Below are positions 59,690 to 64,000 of a stretch of DNA of 64,000 nucleotides, piece by piece; the first letter of the stretch is position 1, and the number at the start of each line of letters is the position of its first letter. The notes under the pieces are model-generated. The model searched no databases and had not been told where the DNA came from. It saw only the letters and a program-made list of their open reading frames with translations. Position numbers and translations under genes: made by a program. This DNA comes from Eledone cirrhosa (taxonomy: Eukaryota), in NCBI GenBank assembly GCA_964016885.1, contig OZ024742.1, positions 355,756,001 through 355,820,000 of the forward strand. The letters are read 5' to 3'.

Positions 59690-61290
59690 CTCACAATTTC
59701 AATATTGTTCCCATTTTCTGTCTATTCAGATATAATATATATTTTTAAATGAGAACATGCTATATATAATTTTTACAAAGAAATAGCTACATAGATAACT
59801 TAACTTTCTCAATAAATTTCAAGCAGAACAGTCCTTACAGTTATTGAGTTAGTAATCTAATAGCTGTTCCCCTATTCTATATATCAGTACGAAACCTTCC
59901 TTATATAAGGTATTTTGTAAGGATAAACCTAATGTTCAAGCTGGCATGGACAGTAACTCCTGTTCATATATTTCTTCGATGATTTATTTTTCCATCATTG
60001 AAATTCTGTGATTGTTTAAGTGTGGTAAGGGCTTTTCTTGTTTTAACAATTACGAGAAGCAATCCGAGAGATGATAATTTATATGTATATTATTTGATTC
60101 CTGCATGAGAATAAAACGGAAATATTTTACAAATATTCTATAAGCGCATCTGACAAACCCGCTTAATACCAAAGCTACAATTTTATCTGTTTGCTTTTAA
60201 ATAGTAAATCATTATTTTTTAGTTCACCAATCTTTCCGACAATGCTTCTATGAGAGTATTGGCGGCAGTTAAGAAGTTATACTGGCAGTGATGTAGCACA
60301 ACTGTTCAACATACACACATCAACACAACTATGATTCACTCAGGGTGTACTCTTCAGTCATTCCACCCAAGCAACGCTACTCGATGTCAGTCATGATCTC
60401 ATAGAACGACAATGTATGGTAGCAGGAAGTTATTTCTTATATAAATTATTTGGGGTAGATAGCTGATATAATGTGCCACGAATTATTGTTTTACAGGTTT
60501 CAGTGCCAAGTAACCATATAATCAGTAAAATTGTCCAATTGGTTGATAAACATACTAGAACAGGGAATGTGATAACAGCGAACAAAATGCGATCATCTTA
60601 CACAAAATGCACACGTATCTATTTATTACACATCTTCGACAATTCATTTTACATTTAGTTATACTCTTATTTTTCTCCTTTCCATATATTTCCATAAGAT
60701 TACAGAGTCGAGTTATGATTCAATTAAACCAAACTTTCAAAAGAAACTATTTGTATTTCATTTCACTGCTACCCCTAAAAAAATTATGAACGCCATAATA
60801 TGTTATACCCCTTATATATATAGATTCCATTAAGTCAAGTAATGTAGCCCTCAGCCATCGGAGAAACATGGTTTAATGACAGAGTTGAATTCACTAATGG
60901 CTTAAAAAAAAGTATACACGCCGTAATATCATATTTCCCCTTCACCAAAAAAGCCTGACTATCTTTTCATATTGGATTATCTCTTACTCTACCGTGCCTA
61001 ATTAAGCATATACTATTACATGCTGTGATATATCGGTGCTGTCATTCTACTATATACTTACACATTTCCTTCCAGAACTCTATAGATTTGCATAAGCAAA
61101 CAGTTCTTCCTGTACTTCATGTAACCTATCATAAAAAGACTGATACACATATACATCAAAGTGATATTATACAAGAAAACAGGGACCACAAACACCATAG
61201 AATAGGCCACCGCAAGTTGTATAGTAAGAATGCATGATACGAATATAACTGAAGATCATCGTACATGGTTAGTTTGGTTGTTGGGGAATA
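59690..61290 (-). pseudogene. Probable fossil class A (peptide-receptor-like) GPCR
   Basis: Minus-strand fragments in the expected order: IQLAVAYSMVFV (TM2 LAVAD-like, ~61210), HRYITAC (DRY-like, ~61035), LLVIVKTRKA (post-TM5-like, ~60045), IYYI*IDRK (TM7 end-like, ~59730). Many stops and frameshifts. Confidence 0.35.
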
Positions 61291-61839
61291 TTAAATATAT
61301 ATCATATTCTTCTTTATCCCTGCTCGATTCAGTTCTAAGTTAGGGTTGTTATGACCAGTAGCTAAACATTCGTAACAGAGTTGTACATGTCTATCTGTTA
61401 ATCAATTACAATATCACTAGTATGACACTAGGTCGAAGGATTGCAATAATGAATCGTGAGTCTTTCTGGTAAAATACTATGAGTCATAAAATAAAGTACA
61501 TTAAAATAACGGTCAATTACTGGGTCGAGGTAATTTACTTTTCAATCCCCGCAAATTTGTTGGGCTTGTGCCTAATTTAAAAATTGTTATGAATTCAACA
61601 TTGTGACATTGACTTCACTCTATTTGCTGATGTAAGGAGAGAATCATTAACTGAAAGTTTGGAAGGAGAAGCTGGTTAGCTTAAGATTTACAGAGCCATT
61701 CTCCTACAATCCTGTAGGCAATTCCGTTACATCTCTGCGTTAATGATGAGGATGGATGTATGTTGTATATATTTTCTGTACTTGCCGAACTAAGGTAAAC
61801 AATATTAAACAATATTGAATATTATTATCGCTTATCACA

Positions 61840-62028
61840 GAGGATTGGCAGTATTGGTAGAGGGTCGGACGCCATGCTTTGCAGAAAAGAGTTACGGCCC
61901 TTTATGGTCTGATTTCAAATCCCGCCGAGGTTAACTTTGCTTTTCATCCTTACGGGGTCGATAAAATAAAGTACCAGTAATACACTGTGATATTTGCTGG
62001 CCTCGGGCCAAAAGTAGAAACAATTATT
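61840..62028 (+). mobile_element. SINE family A, full length
   Basis: Consensus-like; TSD attattatcgcttatcaca on both sides. Confidence 0.9.
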
Positions 62029-62631
62029 ATCGCTTATCACATAATTAATTGTAGGTAACAATATAAATAGTATCTAGATAATATGAGCGACTTTGATTTT
62101 GTTAGAAATCTAAAAGTTCTTGAACAAATCTATCTCTACAAAAGAAGGAAAAGGATTACATTTCAAAATGTACTTTAACATTTTGTAGTGTAAAGATGCC
62201 TTATAGAAGACGTTCTTTCCGCTGGGTTCAGATTTCTTCACCTTTCTCTAGGAATTTCAAAGTAATTCTTTAATGTACCGTTTTGTTAATTCTACTTTGA
62301 ATATAACACAGCTTTGGGAGGTTGTTGGTCCGGTATCGCATGACATGGTCAGCCAAGGTAACAATAATCGTTAAGCCTTAAAGGTAAAATTTCAAGTTTC
62401 CTTTCAATTTTCCTTTCATGCATTTCTCAATTTTCTTACTTATCATCACTTCATTACCGTATCATTTTTCTACAATTATCTTGTTAATTATTAAATGACG
62501 TAACAACTATTCCAAATATTTTGCTATATAATTTTGTTGTATACTACTTACAACTCTTCATCCATATATCATTGCCATATTGCTGTGTCTTCTACACCAC
62601 ATACTATATATATTTTCCATTATTTCATTAA

Positions 62632-63052
62632 AAGGCGGTGAATTGGCAGTATCGCTAGAGGGTTGGACGCCATGCTTTCTAGCATAGTTACATCCCTTTA
62701 TGGTCTGTGTTCAAATCCCGTCAAGGTTAACATTTGCCTTACATCCTTAGGGGGACGATAACATAATGTACCACTAATATACTGGGTAATTGCTGGCCTT
62801 TTGCCCAAAGTAGAAACAATTATTTCATTAAAAGGACGGTAGATTGTCAGTATCAGTTGTGCGTCGAACAACATCTTTAGCGTCATATAGTTACCGCCGT
62901 TTACGTTAAAAATCTGCCGAGGTTAGCTTTACATTTCATCTATACGAGGTCGATGAAATAAAGTACCAGTAATGTACTGGGATCAGGTTAATTGGCTCCC
63001 CACACCACAAAAAAATTATTGGCCTTGTGCCATAATGTAGAAACAATTATTT
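62632..63052 (+). mobile_element. Two adjacent SINEs (family A 62632-62823 and an older relative 62833-63052)
   Basis: Two heads and two cores; ttatttcattaaaagg repeated on both sides of the first. Confidence 0.8.
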
Positions 63053-63317
63053 CGTCAAAATCTATTTTGGTTTATTCATAAGCTCCAATGTCAAATTTCC
63101 TCGTCGTATGTTTTTATCAAAGCATTACCAATATGTTCTTTTATTTTATAAAATTCTCATCATTTTTCTTAACCACAACCTCAATATTTGACACCGAAAG
63201 CATTTATATGGTATATCAATACATATAAAACCAGCCTGGAGGTTCGAAAATAAGCACTTCATGTGATGATGACAGGGACATGAAACTGGTGTACCTAAAT
63301 AATTCAAATCCATTAAA

Positions 63318-63755
<438 letters not shown>

Positions 63756-63861
63756 TATATAGCCAGGGAGTGTAACGAGGAGTTACTGTAGGTTCACCCG
63801 GGTGAGCACTCGATGTTTAGGTTCACGTCAGTATAGAGGTGTAGAGCTAGACAATGTAATA

Positions 63862-64000
63862 TAATAATTGTTTCTACATTTGGCACAAGGCCAGCATTTT
63901 ACTCAGTGCATTACTAGTACTTTTGTATCGACCCCGTAAAGATGAAAGGCAAAGTTAACCTCGGTGGGATTTGAACTCAGACTGTAAAGGGGCGTAACTC
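63862..64000 (-). mobile_element. SINE family A, cut by the window end
   Basis: Reverse complement of core and tail. Confidence 0.85.

Overview
AT-rich, microsatellite-dense animal genomic DNA, most likely octopus/cephalopod (inferred from the tRNA-derived SINE families and (TA)n density). I can support no intact host gene; most ORF-track entries are microsatellite artefacts. The window is dominated by Penelope-like retroelements (PLEs): four decayed Naiad-type RT+GIY-YIG copies, one Neptune/Nematis-like copy, and many short non-coding PLE-derived insertions in (TA)n tracts. It also holds a CR1-like LINE with CCCH zinc fingers in ORF1, a non-autonomous Helitron, many SINEs and a probable fossil class A GPCR. 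The main signal is an RNA-level module shared by otherwise dissimilar PLE families. It consists of (i) a type I hammerhead ribozyme with palindromic stem III and often a greatly enlarged stem II, followed about 45-80 nt downstream by (ii) a covarying bulged hairpin RYTC-[stem]-loop-[stem']-T(A/C/T)-GARY, which lies 25-30 nt upstream of the ORF start where one survives. Insertion ends bracket this hairpin, many insertions are fold-backs whose turning point lies in hammerhead stem II, and three non-coding tandem units (about 535, 1314 and 2290 bp) look like non-autonomous retrozyme-like elements. All structures were paired by eye; coordinates are approximate to a few bases.
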